Position numbers and translations under genes: made by a program
Source of the DNA: Balanoglossus misakiensis
Taxonomy: Eukaryota > Animalia > Hemichordata
Assembly: GCA_040954595.2 (NCBI GenBank)
Contig: CM082589.2
Span: 398,888 to 462,887, forward strand
DNA length: 64,000 nt
Direction of reading: 5' to 3'
Shown: piece by piece, positions 13,137 to 29,167 of the stretch
How positions within the stretch are numbered: position 1 is the first letter of the stretch
Layout: each line of letters starts with the position of its first letter
Notes under the pieces: model-generated
Told to the model about the DNA's origin: nothing
Database searches by the model: none
The model's input: the letters and a program-made list of their open reading frames with translations, nothing else

Positions 13137-14457
13137 CGCGGAATATACAGGACTGGTAGATGTGCTTCTGAGTGTCTGTACGCGTATCAACTGCCGATTT
13201 GTCTGAGAGTCAAGTGATTCTGCGGCCCTTTAAATGGATCCCGCCTCACCACGCCCACGCAGCGCATAGGTGAATGAATATGGTACAAGACAGGCCACAT
13301 TCCTTTGTGTTCGTAAGGCGACACCACACAACATCAAGAGATAATCACGTGTTAAGTGGACCCCCGGAAATGATATCAATGATGAGTAATAATGATGACG
13401 TATGTCACAGTTGAGTATCACAACCAATCAAACACTACTATAGTTGGTTCGGTTTTTAAACAGACTCATTTACGAGGAAATTAGATGTCGAATTTTGGAG
13501 TTTTCGGGAAGGGTCACACCGGAAGGCGTTCCATAAAATTCGGGAGTTGTTTGATTATTATACCGGGAAAGTATCGGGGATATGCGGAATTCCTGTTCGG
13601 ACTAACGTGCAAAAGAGAAAATAATCTCATTCAAGAGGACTCATCGAAAGTCATTATAGGAAGTTGAAAATACCGCTTTAGTGTCAGCGATCACTGACCC
13701 TACATGTCCAGTATAATAAAAAAATATCGTCACAACAACGTGACTTTGTGATTTATAATTACCCCGATCACGCTCAAGTTTGTAATGTTTAGTCCATCAC
13801 GAATTCCGTCGTCACATTATTCACAGAAAAAAAAAACCTGTTCTATTCTGTTTTTTGTTGCGTTAGTTTAGCTTGACTTAATTGTCATGACAATGTACAT
13901 AGATACGTCCTTGTAACAATTGATTTATTTCTTGCCATTCTAGGGTTCATGGTTTCTTTCGGGCACACATTTTCGAATCTAGCTTTGCAAAATACGCCCT
14001 GGTGTTTAGATTAATATGCCTGGCAACAAGACGACTTACAAAACGTCAGACACAGGCCTATCCGCCGATTTATCAAAAGATGGGATTTAAAATTCATAGT
14101 GGCTTAAAGTGTGCGTTTAATTCCAGGCTTTATTTTCATGATAAGACGTGATAAACGTGTTTTGTACTGGTACGAATTCCTGAAAGCTTCAATGACGAAT
14201 CTGAGGATATGAATTTACATGAATATTCCATTAAAATGATGTTATGGGAATATTGACACGATATTATACGATGCTGGTAACTCGTCAGACGCAACCACGA
14301 AAGTTATTTGAAATTACTTAGCTTCCACCCAAAACTATGAATTCAGTGAATTCGGTGTTTTATGAATTGGGTGCGTCTCCATCTTTGGGAATAAAGCGGT
14401 GTTATGGGAAAGTGTGAGAAACATACTTTGCACTATTCATAGTTACTCGTCAATCTA

Positions 14458-14557
14458 AGAGAGGGAGAGACTGGGAGTGAGGGAGAGAGAGAAAGAGGGA
14501 GAGGGAGGAGTGGAAAGGGAGAGAGGGGGAGAGGAGAGAGGGGGAGAGAGAGAGAGG
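14458..14557 (+). repeat. Polypurine (GA/GGA)-rich low-complexity tract
   Basis: ~100 bp composed almost only of G and A (gagggagaga...gagagagaga). Confidence 0.85.
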
Positions 14558-15936
14558 CAATCAGTCAGACAGACTGTTATTCAGTTGGCGACTTAGCGAA
14601 TGGGATGTTCTTACGACCACAATTGGTGATTCCGGCAGCGAAAAAAACATCGTTCTCGGTTTTGTCATCGCCGATTGTACGCAAATTCGTTGACAGGAAA
14701 TGAACTCGTCGTCGTGTGGGCATACCAAATGGTACCCTATTTTCTTTTCTTTCAAATCATCAGAAAACAAGTTTCAGTCGACGTCGTTCGTTTACAGTTA
14801 TTAATAGTATTCAACAAAGGGGAGGAAATTCGGTAGGCGATGTTATATATATATATCTTATATGCTTCCTGGCGCAGGGGCCTTTTTCGATAACAGTGAC
14901 TTCAGATTTCTTCACGCATCGCAACTAATTCATTCTTTACCTTCATGAAGGTATAAAGCTTTTTAAACAAGTCACGGATTTGTAATGAAAGCAAACGATG
15001 ATCAACAATGATTAGTTCCACGTTGGGTCGACGGAGTTCAGATCAACTGACTGATTACAAAGTGATTATTCGACCGGATCGTCACTTGATGATTTTTAAG
15101 TTTCGCCAACTTATGCTCGACTGACACGCTTATGAAGTCTTGTCACGTGATTAGTCGAAAATAGTTTTCACACGCCGACGGCAAACAGGGATCTATTCAT
15201 TCACAAATCTTAGTCATCAGCAACCCATCAGACCGTAGATACGAAACAAGGTTATCGGACAAATCACGGATGGCAACCCTCCAGATTGCGTGGTTGCTAA
15301 CATGCATCGATGGATCTTGAGGTTTCCAAGATAAATCACTAATAGTAACACGAGAAATCTAACATCGTGGGAAAGAATTGGTTTGTGTTGTTAAAATCTG
15401 ACAAGGCAACGCAATGTAATCGATCCTTGTATTGTTCCATGCACAATCTCAGAGAAACCGCGTGTTTCAGGTATGTGGATCGCTGGCCGTAGAGTAGAGA
15501 TCCATCCAAACACGACTACTGTCACTAGAGGGCGCATTTGATGGAGCCACGGCCGCCGTCGCGGAGGGGCGGTCAAGTTCAATATTTAATTGTATGCAAT
15601 GTTACGTAAACTGGTTGCATACTCCCAATGTGCGGGACAGTTTTAATTTCTGCATTGTCATTTCTGTGGAGAGAACCCTTCTAGTCAGTTACTGACTCTA
15701 CGCTGAAGTATTTTGGAACCTGTGGCACTAGAACCGGACTTGAAATTAAAACCGCAAGGTACGAAAAGCGTCTTACGTATTACTAGTTAGTATTTAAGTT
15801 CATCGTTCGTTTTTAACAACATCACAGAGCGCCTATTTGGCACAATCGCTTGTTTAATACGTAAGTAAATAAGTAATTACGCCTGGTCGGCTGTACGTCA
15901 TGACGTATTTTGTCTCCCTCTGATGGGTCATACTAC

Positions 15937-15981
15937 TTCATACCATGGAGTAACCAAAGTGTGGTGTCTCCATGTTCATTC
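15937..15981. mobile_element. CATGGAG...CTCCATG micro-element between near-perfect 7-bp direct repeats
   Basis: TTCATAC (15937-15943), 31-bp CATGGAG...CTCCATG (15944-15974), TTCATTC (15975-15981). Confidence 0.45.
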
Positions 15982-16240
15982 TGTTTGTGACTTGATTATT
16001 ACAATAGAGCTACCTGACCACAGTGGGGTCTGTGGACTGCCTCCATGGTAGCTGCAGTTCAGTAGCTCGAGGTATTGCATTGGTTGTTGGTTTGTGTGTT
16101 AGATGGCAAGGCAAAACCTGGTTTATACGTACGTCTATGATCTAACCAACACTACAAGATGGTACATATATTAACCACCAGGATAATTTACAATGCATTG
16201 ACAACCATTGATATTATAATTCATTTGTTGCAGGACCAGT

Positions 16241-18216
16241 ATGTCGAAATCAAACAATGGAGAGAATTATGTCACAGTTGAACAATGGGATGATGGCTGG
16301 GCGAATGACAGAACTGGCTTCCACAAGTCACAGGTCCATCAGTAAGCCACAGCTTAGAATCTTTGATTTTGTCAGCAACATTTTTATCAGCAGTACTTAT
16401 GCAATTAAAATGTCCTCAAAGTATTTCAATGATTTGTCACTAATATCTAAAGGGAGTGACTTCAGTATTATCATGATTTGCATGGTTTACACCTTGTTGT
16501 TGACCAATCAGAGGCAAGTGAACCAAGACTGCTTCACATCTTACCTTATCAATCTGTGTCTTTACAGCACCATAAAGAAGTACTTCAGTAAATTGGTCGA
16601 TGGACGTAGTGATCTAAACATCTTCATACCTCTTTGTGGGAAGTCTGTGGATATGAAATGGTAATGTTGTATTTATAGAGTCATTGACTATCAAAAGTTT
16701 GGGTGACATATTTGATTATCAGTGTCAATCATTGCAAAACTAACAATGTTTCATTTTTATTTGTGTCTTAATCTTAGGATAGCAGATGAGGGTCATAGGG
16801 TTGTTGGCGTGGAGTTCTCAGAACTTGCATGCAAGTCATTCTTTTCAGAACAGAAAGTGGAATACATAACAACTCCTATGGAAGATGTACCAAATGGAAA
16901 GGTTCACATTGTAAGTCCTGAGTGAATTGTTTCACCTAGACAAACTTGTAGTCAAAGGTGTGAATCTTTAGGTCTCAGATATTTGTCAAATTGTAAAAGT
17001 GAATTGTTACCCCCATATGAAAGTGGATTGACCCTTGGACTATTTTTATGCAACCTTGGTGATCAAAAATCATGGCACACCAAAGTTTCAATATAGGGAA
17101 CTGGTGGGTATTATTACTAATTTTATTTCTCAATTTTTTCAGAGCAAAGATGGAAAAATCAAGCTGTTTCAGTGTGACTTTTATTTATTCACTGAGTAAG
17201 TTTCATTCCAGAATTTTGTCTAATTTTAATATTTTTTATTATACAGTTTATTCTTATTTTGTGTTCCCTTATACCTCATTCTAAATCCTTTTCTTTCCTA
17301 TAACAGAGAGCATGCTGGGAGATTTGACATCATCTGGGATAGAGCCTCTCTTGTTGCTGTCAATATTTCTGATCGAACAAAGTGAGTGCAGCCTTGTATC
17401 ATTGTTAACATTTCTACAATCAAGCTTTACCATGGAAATGAAACTTTTTTGTCAGATGAAATCAGGGGAATAATTATTTTACTGGCTCCATTGTTACGAT
17501 GCACCTAAAATGATGGGAACCCTTATACAGTGCCCTCTGTTGGCATATTGCTATATTATTGTGGGCTCATACCGGAGAGATTAGACAACACAGGACATGT
17601 GTGGAACAAACTAGACAGCCATGCTGCTTCAACTGCACATGCTCACATGTTCAGCCTCGTACACAGCAACTATGTACATAGCAGTTAATAGCAACTCTTA
17701 TATGTTCCTATTTGTTGACAGGTATGCAAATAAATTGCATTCTCTATTAAAACCAAATGGAGCCTATCTTCTGAACACATTTGATTATCAGGAAGGTTCA
17801 ATGAGAGGTACGGTATAAAACAGCATCTTCCTCATTTGCCATTTTGTATTTTAATTTTTAAGTCGCATTGTTCTAACCTTGCATGTAATAAAAACAGAGT
17901 AGAGTTGAATGACTTTTCTGTTGATTTCTTGCAGGTCCTCCACACTCGGTTCCTTTAAATATTGTGAAAAATCTTTATGGTAAGACCTAGCATTTTTTAG
18001 GAGTTGATTGGTTTCTAATTAGGACTGTATGTGCAGAGCCCAATATTGTGCCTCTCAATTTGATGAACATAATCAACGTTCTAATGTAATATTTAATTTT
18101 CTGTTCCAGAAAAGTTCTTCACTATTGAATTATTGGAAGACAATGACATATCAGCCAACTGGCCAAGTTCAATAGAATACTTCCATGAAATAGTGACTTT
18201 GTTGACATTAAAATAA
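16241..18216 (+). CDS. TPMT: Thiopurine S-methyltransferase-like SAM-dependent methyltransferase, 8 coding exons
   Basis: Exons 16241-16341 (EQWDDGWANDRTGFHKSQVH), 16568-16660 (IFIPLCGKSVDMKW), 16778-16910 (ADEGHRVVGVEFSELAC..FF), 17143-17195 (QCDFY), 17307-17381 (GRFDIIWDRASLVAVN), 17722-17807, 17935-17979 (GPPHSV), 18110-18216 (TAA). PLCGK, WDRASL and GPP are diagnostic TPMT motifs; phases join. Confidence 0.93.
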
Positions 18217-18758
18217 GACCTGCATCTGTTTGACCACCAACTGTCATTACACATTGATTTTTGTGGTGGTATTTTCATTTGTACACTTTTAATATCATGA
18301 GCAGTGTTCAGTACGTGTATCTGTATTTTATGAATTTCAATAGAGTTGTTTCAAAATAAACAATTGGATTCTACTTTGAGAATGTTTTGTATACTTTTTA
18401 CCCGTTTTTAAATTATTATTTTTCAACACATTCATGGGGATCCTCTGACCTTAATTATTTTTAATGACCACTATAATTTTTCAAACGAACATTGTTCTGC
18501 AATGAGGTTCTACTAATAGGTGGGAATACTTGTAACTGACACTATAGTGACAGAAAGGTTTAATCAGCTGGCCTCCATCCAAGATGAGTATGTGATTGGG
18601 GAGTTTGTATGAATTTTAGATGCCAGTCACAAAGTTTTTGATTATTATGCTATAGCAGTGTCTATAAAAGCGAGAAAAAAATCAATGGGATCCGGAGTTA
18701 GCGCTAAATCATCCGTGACAGGGCAGTGAGCTTATAGTTACCATATGCATATATTCCA

Positions 18759-19154
18759 ACGAGCGTGAAGTTGGCCTCATCCTCATCCTCATCCTCAGCT
18801 TCGCCAGCCTCATCCTCATCCTCATCCTCATCCTCATCCTCAGCTTCGTGACCTCAGACTCAGCTTCGTGACCTCAGGAAGATTTCAAAATTATCGTGAA
18901 TTTCGTATATCTGATGTGATCTAAAAGAAGCGAAAGCGATATAGGTAAAATAATTTACATGGGATAGTCTAAATAATTGATTGAATTTCTTCTTTTGACT
19001 CCATTTGTTCTTTTTACCGATCGTTTGGATAATTTTCATGTTTACTTCCTGGGGTCACGAAGCTGAGGCTGGGTCACGAAGCTGAGGATGAGGATGAGGA
19101 TGAGGATGAGGCTGGCGAAGCTGAGGATGAGGATGAGGCCAACTTCACGCTCGT
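18759..19154. mobile_element. MITE with long TIRs built from (CCTCAT)n hexamers; 9-bp TSD (alternative reading 7 bp)
   Basis: ACGAGCGTGAAGTTGGCCTCATCCTCATC... mirrored by ...GATGAGGATGAGGCCAACTTCACGCTCGT; TATATTCCA at 18750-18758 and 19155-19163. Confidence 0.88.
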
Positions 19155-19179
19155 TATATTCCATGACCTACACAAGAAG

Positions 19180-19554
19180 TAGTCTGGTTCCCTGCCCCAA
19201 TCCCACCGCTGGCTGCGCTACGCTAAAGGGAAAGGGTCAGGCACGGCCTATTGTAAACATGGCTCTCATTGGTCAATACATACGAAAATTAAGTTGTTAA
19301 ATTGATAAGTTGTTGTAAGATACTCATTTCCCGTTCTCTCCTTCACCTCCATGAATGTTTATCATTCGATTTCCAACTTTACAACAAACGAAACAAAATA
19401 AACTGCCTGGATGAATCTTGACTGGCATACGGACATTGGAGGCATCCATCTTGTTTCACACCCAGGTTTCTGGGTGTGAAATCGGGCCGTACCTGACCCC
19501 TTTCCCTTTAGCGTAGCGCAGCCAGCGGTGGGATTGGGGCAGGGAACCAGACTA
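19180..19554. mobile_element. MITE with ~69-bp TIRs starting TAGTCTGG; 9-bp TSD
   Basis: TAGTCTGGTTCCCTGCCCCAATCCCACCGCTGGCTGCGCTACGCTAAAGGGAAAGGG... inverted at ~19485-19554; CACAAGAAG duplicated at 19171-19179 and 19555-19563. Confidence 0.9.
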
Positions 19555-21726
19555 CACAAGAAGGAAGTGCATGGCTTCATGTTTATTGTAGGCCGACCAC
19601 GATATTTGCTGAATAAAGATGATAATTAACACATTAAAGTAGGGTACGGTGGCTGTGGGTTTTCACATTTTAGAAAAAAAATATAACAGTGAATATGATA
19701 TTTACGGTTCTGTTGTCCAGCGAAGAATCCGGACGATAATGGCACGTGTGTAAGTTTACGTGGATGTTTTGATGCATGTTATCACTTCGAGTCAACGTTG
19801 GTGGCGCTCTAAATTGAGAATCTCGTCACTTGCATGTGCAAGATTCTCGTTTCTTCTGCTTTTGGGTAACATTACCAATTAATGCACAATTCAGACATCA
19901 TAAAACGTGTACATTTAACAATAAATATGGCAAATCATCATCATCACCACCACCACCACAACCACAATATAACAACAACAACTTTGAATCAGCCTGAATG
20001 GTAGACCAATAATTCTGCTACTAGTACATGTACGACCATGCATGGTACGTGTACTAGCCCATAGTACACGTGTCGCTGTGTTATCTGATCTTTGTTTCCC
20101 ACTATAGCAGGTGGTTGTGTTTTTACCGGATGGATTGCGATGTCTGTACAAATCATTTGATGTTATCTTGCTTTATTATTAGATCTGTATCACCACTTGA
20201 ACTCTATCAGGATATTGGCCAATGGGAACAGCTACACGTCACATGTCTTCCCCAATTATATTTCACCACATATATTAATATATGATTTAAAAACCATACA
20301 GTGGTCCCATTCATATCAGCTGAACCCGGTCTCTCTCCGTCCTGCAAGTTGCTGTTACAAACAGGTGAGATATATGACACTTTACATTGCTCACATTGAA
20401 AAAAGTAAGTCGCATCTTTTGTGAGATTCTTCACAACAATATCTTCGGCATTGGGATTCTTTCTTGCTGGTGATTATTTGAAATATTTAAAATATTTCAA
20501 AATACTTGTTCAAAGTACAATTACAACCCCTGGAAACCTTTTCGTCGTAAGTTCACCTGAGAAATTGTGGGGAAAAAGAACTTTAAAATTAATTGATGCA
20601 GGCGTATATTGGTGTGTGCGTGTGATTGTGAGCATGGAATCTTTATTATACTTTATATTCTACTCCAATTTCTATTCAAACACATGATTTGTCCAGACTT
20701 TCGGCGATACAAAGTCCTTTCTGTTAGTGAGGATCATTCCGTACCACCCTTTTATTTTCAGGTCGTAAAAGAACGGTGACTACTACTTTGTAGTATCCTC
20801 AAACTTTCAAGTTGTTGAAAAAAAGAATCAAGATGATCTCTCCACTCGTTTAATCAATTATATCTCTAGTACATTTAAGTTAAACTAATCATTGTCACTG
20901 TTATTTTCAGCCCATATGATCATCAACTTTTTTAAAAATGATTGCCGGGCATTTTGTTGTCAGCTACGTTCCCTCTTCCATATGGTTGAAAAGCGTACCA
21001 CGTGGGTTTGGTCTCCGCGTGGTGACGTTCAGTCAGACCAGGTCACCGATATGGTGCTCGCTTCCTCGTTTCTTTGGTACACACGTTGTACACATAACAG
21101 GTGTAATGAACTCCCGATAGTCTCATGCAGATTATACATAAATTAACTCTAAATGTTAATGCAGTATGTGTACTGTGGTTTAATTTGTTGCAGTGGTCGT
21201 GTGTTTCTTCACAGAGAAACCACTTGCCACCCATTATCGTGGTCGCCAAGAAAAACATCAAGCGCACACATCACGAGGAGCTAACATTGCTATCTTTGCA
21301 ATATATTCAGACCCTCTCCCAAATATGATCTTTTACAATAATTTACTTGTTGGGTCACAATTTAGGTTCTTTCCTGCGGAAGATACTTAACCTCTCTCGT
21401 TAGTCAAGTCACATCTTTGGCATGGGAAACCACCCGACAAACCACACCTGGTGTGTTTCTGTAATCGAGTGATTTGCATTATCTGAAATGATAACAAAGT
21501 CAATTTTCTATCGACCCCGAAAGAGAAGTAGATGACAAAGAAATTTTGATTCGCTTCAGTAACAGTCACGACAAAAGTTAAGACTTTAAAAATTAGCAGT
21601 AAGCTTTTTTGTAAGTTTGTGTGTGTGTGTGTGGAAATGGAATGAGGTATTCGACCAATTCGTCTGTCGTGAATTACTTCGTATGTTCACCCGTTTCCTA
21701 AATGGTTCCCTACAGGTATATCAGCC

Positions 21727-24920
<3,194 letters not shown>

Positions 24921-27279
24921 GTGCTTAAACAGTAGCAAACAGTGGTGCTGAATGAATTGTGTATATTATCTGAAAAATGTCCTGAAATAAAACTTTGAAG
25001 TTGACAACAATCCCTTAGGTGACGAAACGTGTAATTATCGACCTTGAATTTGGGTTGTGATTATCAAAGACTTGACCAAATTCTACATCAATATCAATGT
25101 ACTATCTCAACTTTGTCGACTTATTGTGTGTCATTGTTTTCTTTAACACAGTAATGTATTTAGGCTCTAGTTGAATGGAGTTCTATTTCTAGCTCAGTAG
25201 AGGTTTATTTTATATGAAAAAAGCCAAAAACCTTAATTTTAGAAACGTGATATATGTTTTATTTTGAAATCTTGTTCATTTGCCAACAACAATGTAAAAC
25301 CAATAAACTTAAATCCATTATGCTTATGAAAATGTTATGATAAATGAATTTTTCCATCTGCTAAGTTTCAGTAAATTAAACTTTATTACAACTCACATTT
25401 CTCATTTAATCTAAAATGCGTAAGGAATCAAGAAATACTTTACTTCCATATTTGTGGCAGAATAAAAGACGTTTTGAAGTCTTTCCATCACTTGTCTGAT
25501 TTATTCATTGTAGTTTTATCTCACAATTTGTGGAAACACCATGGTTTATCTGAGGCCATCTGAAAATTGATGATACTTCCTGACAGCAGTCATAGACATT
25601 TCACACCCACCACTACATGTCAATGAAAACAAAACTTTAATTCTTGCCAAAACTAAAAAGATAACAAATTTGAAAAAAAAAAGTTTACATGAGACTTTTC
25701 TGCAACTGCCAGATCCTGGACAGTCACATGACCAAGAGTATACAACAAAGTAGCAAAATCTGCGATTTTTTACTGCATATAAAATATAAGTAATACGCCC
25801 ACCATCTTTGAACAAGTGATGAACTAATGATCTTGTATTTGTACAGAGTTGAACTCATCAAACAGAAAATCAATGTCTAAATGCTTTCACAAAATAGAAT
25901 ATCTAACAGTTCAACAGAAGGAACAAAAATATTCAAAAAGAGTATTGTAAGCTGTTTATTCCTCACAAGATTATCTCAACGAAAACCAATAGGATTCACA
26001 GGCATACATAGAATGCTTTCGCATCTTTCTGGTGATAACTGCTCTGTGAGAATTTATCTGTTTCTGTGCTTTTTAGGAAAAAGCTTATGTAATGGCTGGT
26101 CAGCTATCTTTAAATAATAATTATTATACTTCACCTCATATTCATTCTGCCTGCATATTTATAAAAATACAACACAAATTATACTTAAAGATGAAACTAC
26201 TAGTACCACTAACACCATTTGCAATCTGGTTTTGTAGGGTTGTATTCTTTGTCATGGCACTAACAATTACTTGTCGTTATGGTTGGCCAATGGTTTTCAG
26301 CTTTTAAGCACCTAGTATATCAATTGATTTTATTAAGCAGAAATAACTGGCAGGTAAGCAGTTTATTGCTGTGTCGTTCAAAGAACTCAAGCTGTGGCAA
26401 ATGTTGCACCCTAATTTACCACCATTTCCTCTACACAGGTTCAACCATGTCCATGTCAACAATATGGCTGGACAACAATCTGGTGATGCTGTTCATGGGA
26501 AGTAGTGGGTACAGTCAGTGCATCTGATGCAGCAGTCATCATCAGCTGCAATCTGATGATATACCTTATCAGATTGCAACATGATTGGTCACATCCCAGG
26601 TGTTGCATATACATCAACCAATCAGGTGCACCCTCAAGAGTATCCATACATGTATAACAATGACAATAAGAATACTATGAAGACACAGCAATGTACAACT
26701 CCTCTGACCAGTAAAAATCTCATGGCTGTAACTTTCAATAGAAACCACAACAAAGCATAAGTTAATAACTAGGTACTACTGCAGGGAGTTTTGAAGACCC
26801 TAACAAAGTGCCAACATACAGCAAGCTCAAAAAATGCACCAGAGGGTCTCTTTCACGTGAAATGCACCAAGTGTTAAATAGAACTCAAAAGAAAATCATT
26901 ACATAAATGCAAGAACATCTGGTATAATGTTATACTAAATAATCTTCTTTGAATAAACACCTGATTATGTTTAACAAATATTATAAATGATAGTTTAAAC
27001 ATTTCACATTTTCATCTGACTTTTTACCTGACAAACCAATCAATAAAGTCAAGGGAAATAAATTATTCTTCCTTTCCAAATTTATATGAAATGTTCAAAT
27101 TGTTGCTTACTTATGTGGGTTACTCCATAGCATAATAAACATCCATCCTTGAATGACTTTTGACACAATGTCTTCAAAACTCCCTGATGACAAAAGGTCC
27201 CATGACTTCTCAGATGACAAGACACGAAACTCCACAAATCACAAGAGTGGAGATAACATATTGTGAGAGAGTTGATCTT

Positions 27280-28361
<1,082 letters not shown>

Positions 28362-29010
28362 TCATTCAATCCAAATCAACACCTCAGGCTCTCCCTTCCA
28401 ACAGTGCAATGCAACTGATCTGTATCAAATCAATTCTAGAAAATGCTTATACATATTTTAGATTACATACATCTGTTCCACGAACGCCAATGTTTTGAGA
28501 TTGTTCGACAACAGAGACGGGAAGGGGAAGTGATCGTGTGGGTAAATATCTGAGATGGTTCCTTTTACCGATTATGAATGACAAAAACAGTTTGGATCGA
28601 TTGGTCTAAGGAATTTGAACCAAACGGTGACGAAAACCTGTGTCACTGTTTATCGACACACCAGTGTACTAACAACAAACAGAGTTGTTTCGCATTTGTG
28701 ATAATGATTTTGAGATCTCAGAATTCGTACTCCTACAAAGTTGTCATATACAACTAGTCCCACTTTGAAGCACTATTAAAAGCACAACCAAATGCTGGTC
28801 TGCCGTCGATTACAGAAATAACTGCTCGTCACGATGTTCATGTTGATGATGACACAGCTTCCATTCTGAACAACAAGGTCGTTTTTTCGAGTTTTAAATC
28901 AGTATTATGAAATCATACCTGTTAAGGACTGATTTTTCCAACCGTTTATATCAACAAGACTTCATATATTAAAAATGTCATGAATTGTTTCGTCCAGTTT
29001 AAAGTATTAC

Positions 29011-29167
29011 CTTGCAAATCGAGACGATTCCGAGCAGATCTTTGATGTTTTTGTCCAGTTTCTTGCCAACCGGCGAGGCACAGATACCCGGATGTTAAAC
29101 TGCCCTCTTCGGTCGTAGAGGATTGTGGGTTTGACCTTTGGCCTGACCTTTTCTGTGTCGGCTAAAC
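29011..29167. promoter_or_regulatory. Compact CpG-rich bidirectional promoter/5'UTR region ELOC-DDX24
   Basis: Minus-strand GT donor at 29010-29009 for an ELOC non-coding first exon and DDX24 ATG at 29168 lie ~160 bp apart; CpG-rich relative to the gene bodies. Confidence 0.55.

Noticed and set aside
19088-19580. ORFs MRMRMRMR... and MKPCTSFL...
   Set aside because: Read-throughs of MITE TIRs.
19900-21600. Exon-like segments with splice-like ends upstream of the subtilase
   Set aside because: No consistent frame or recognisable protein; may be UTR exons or noise.
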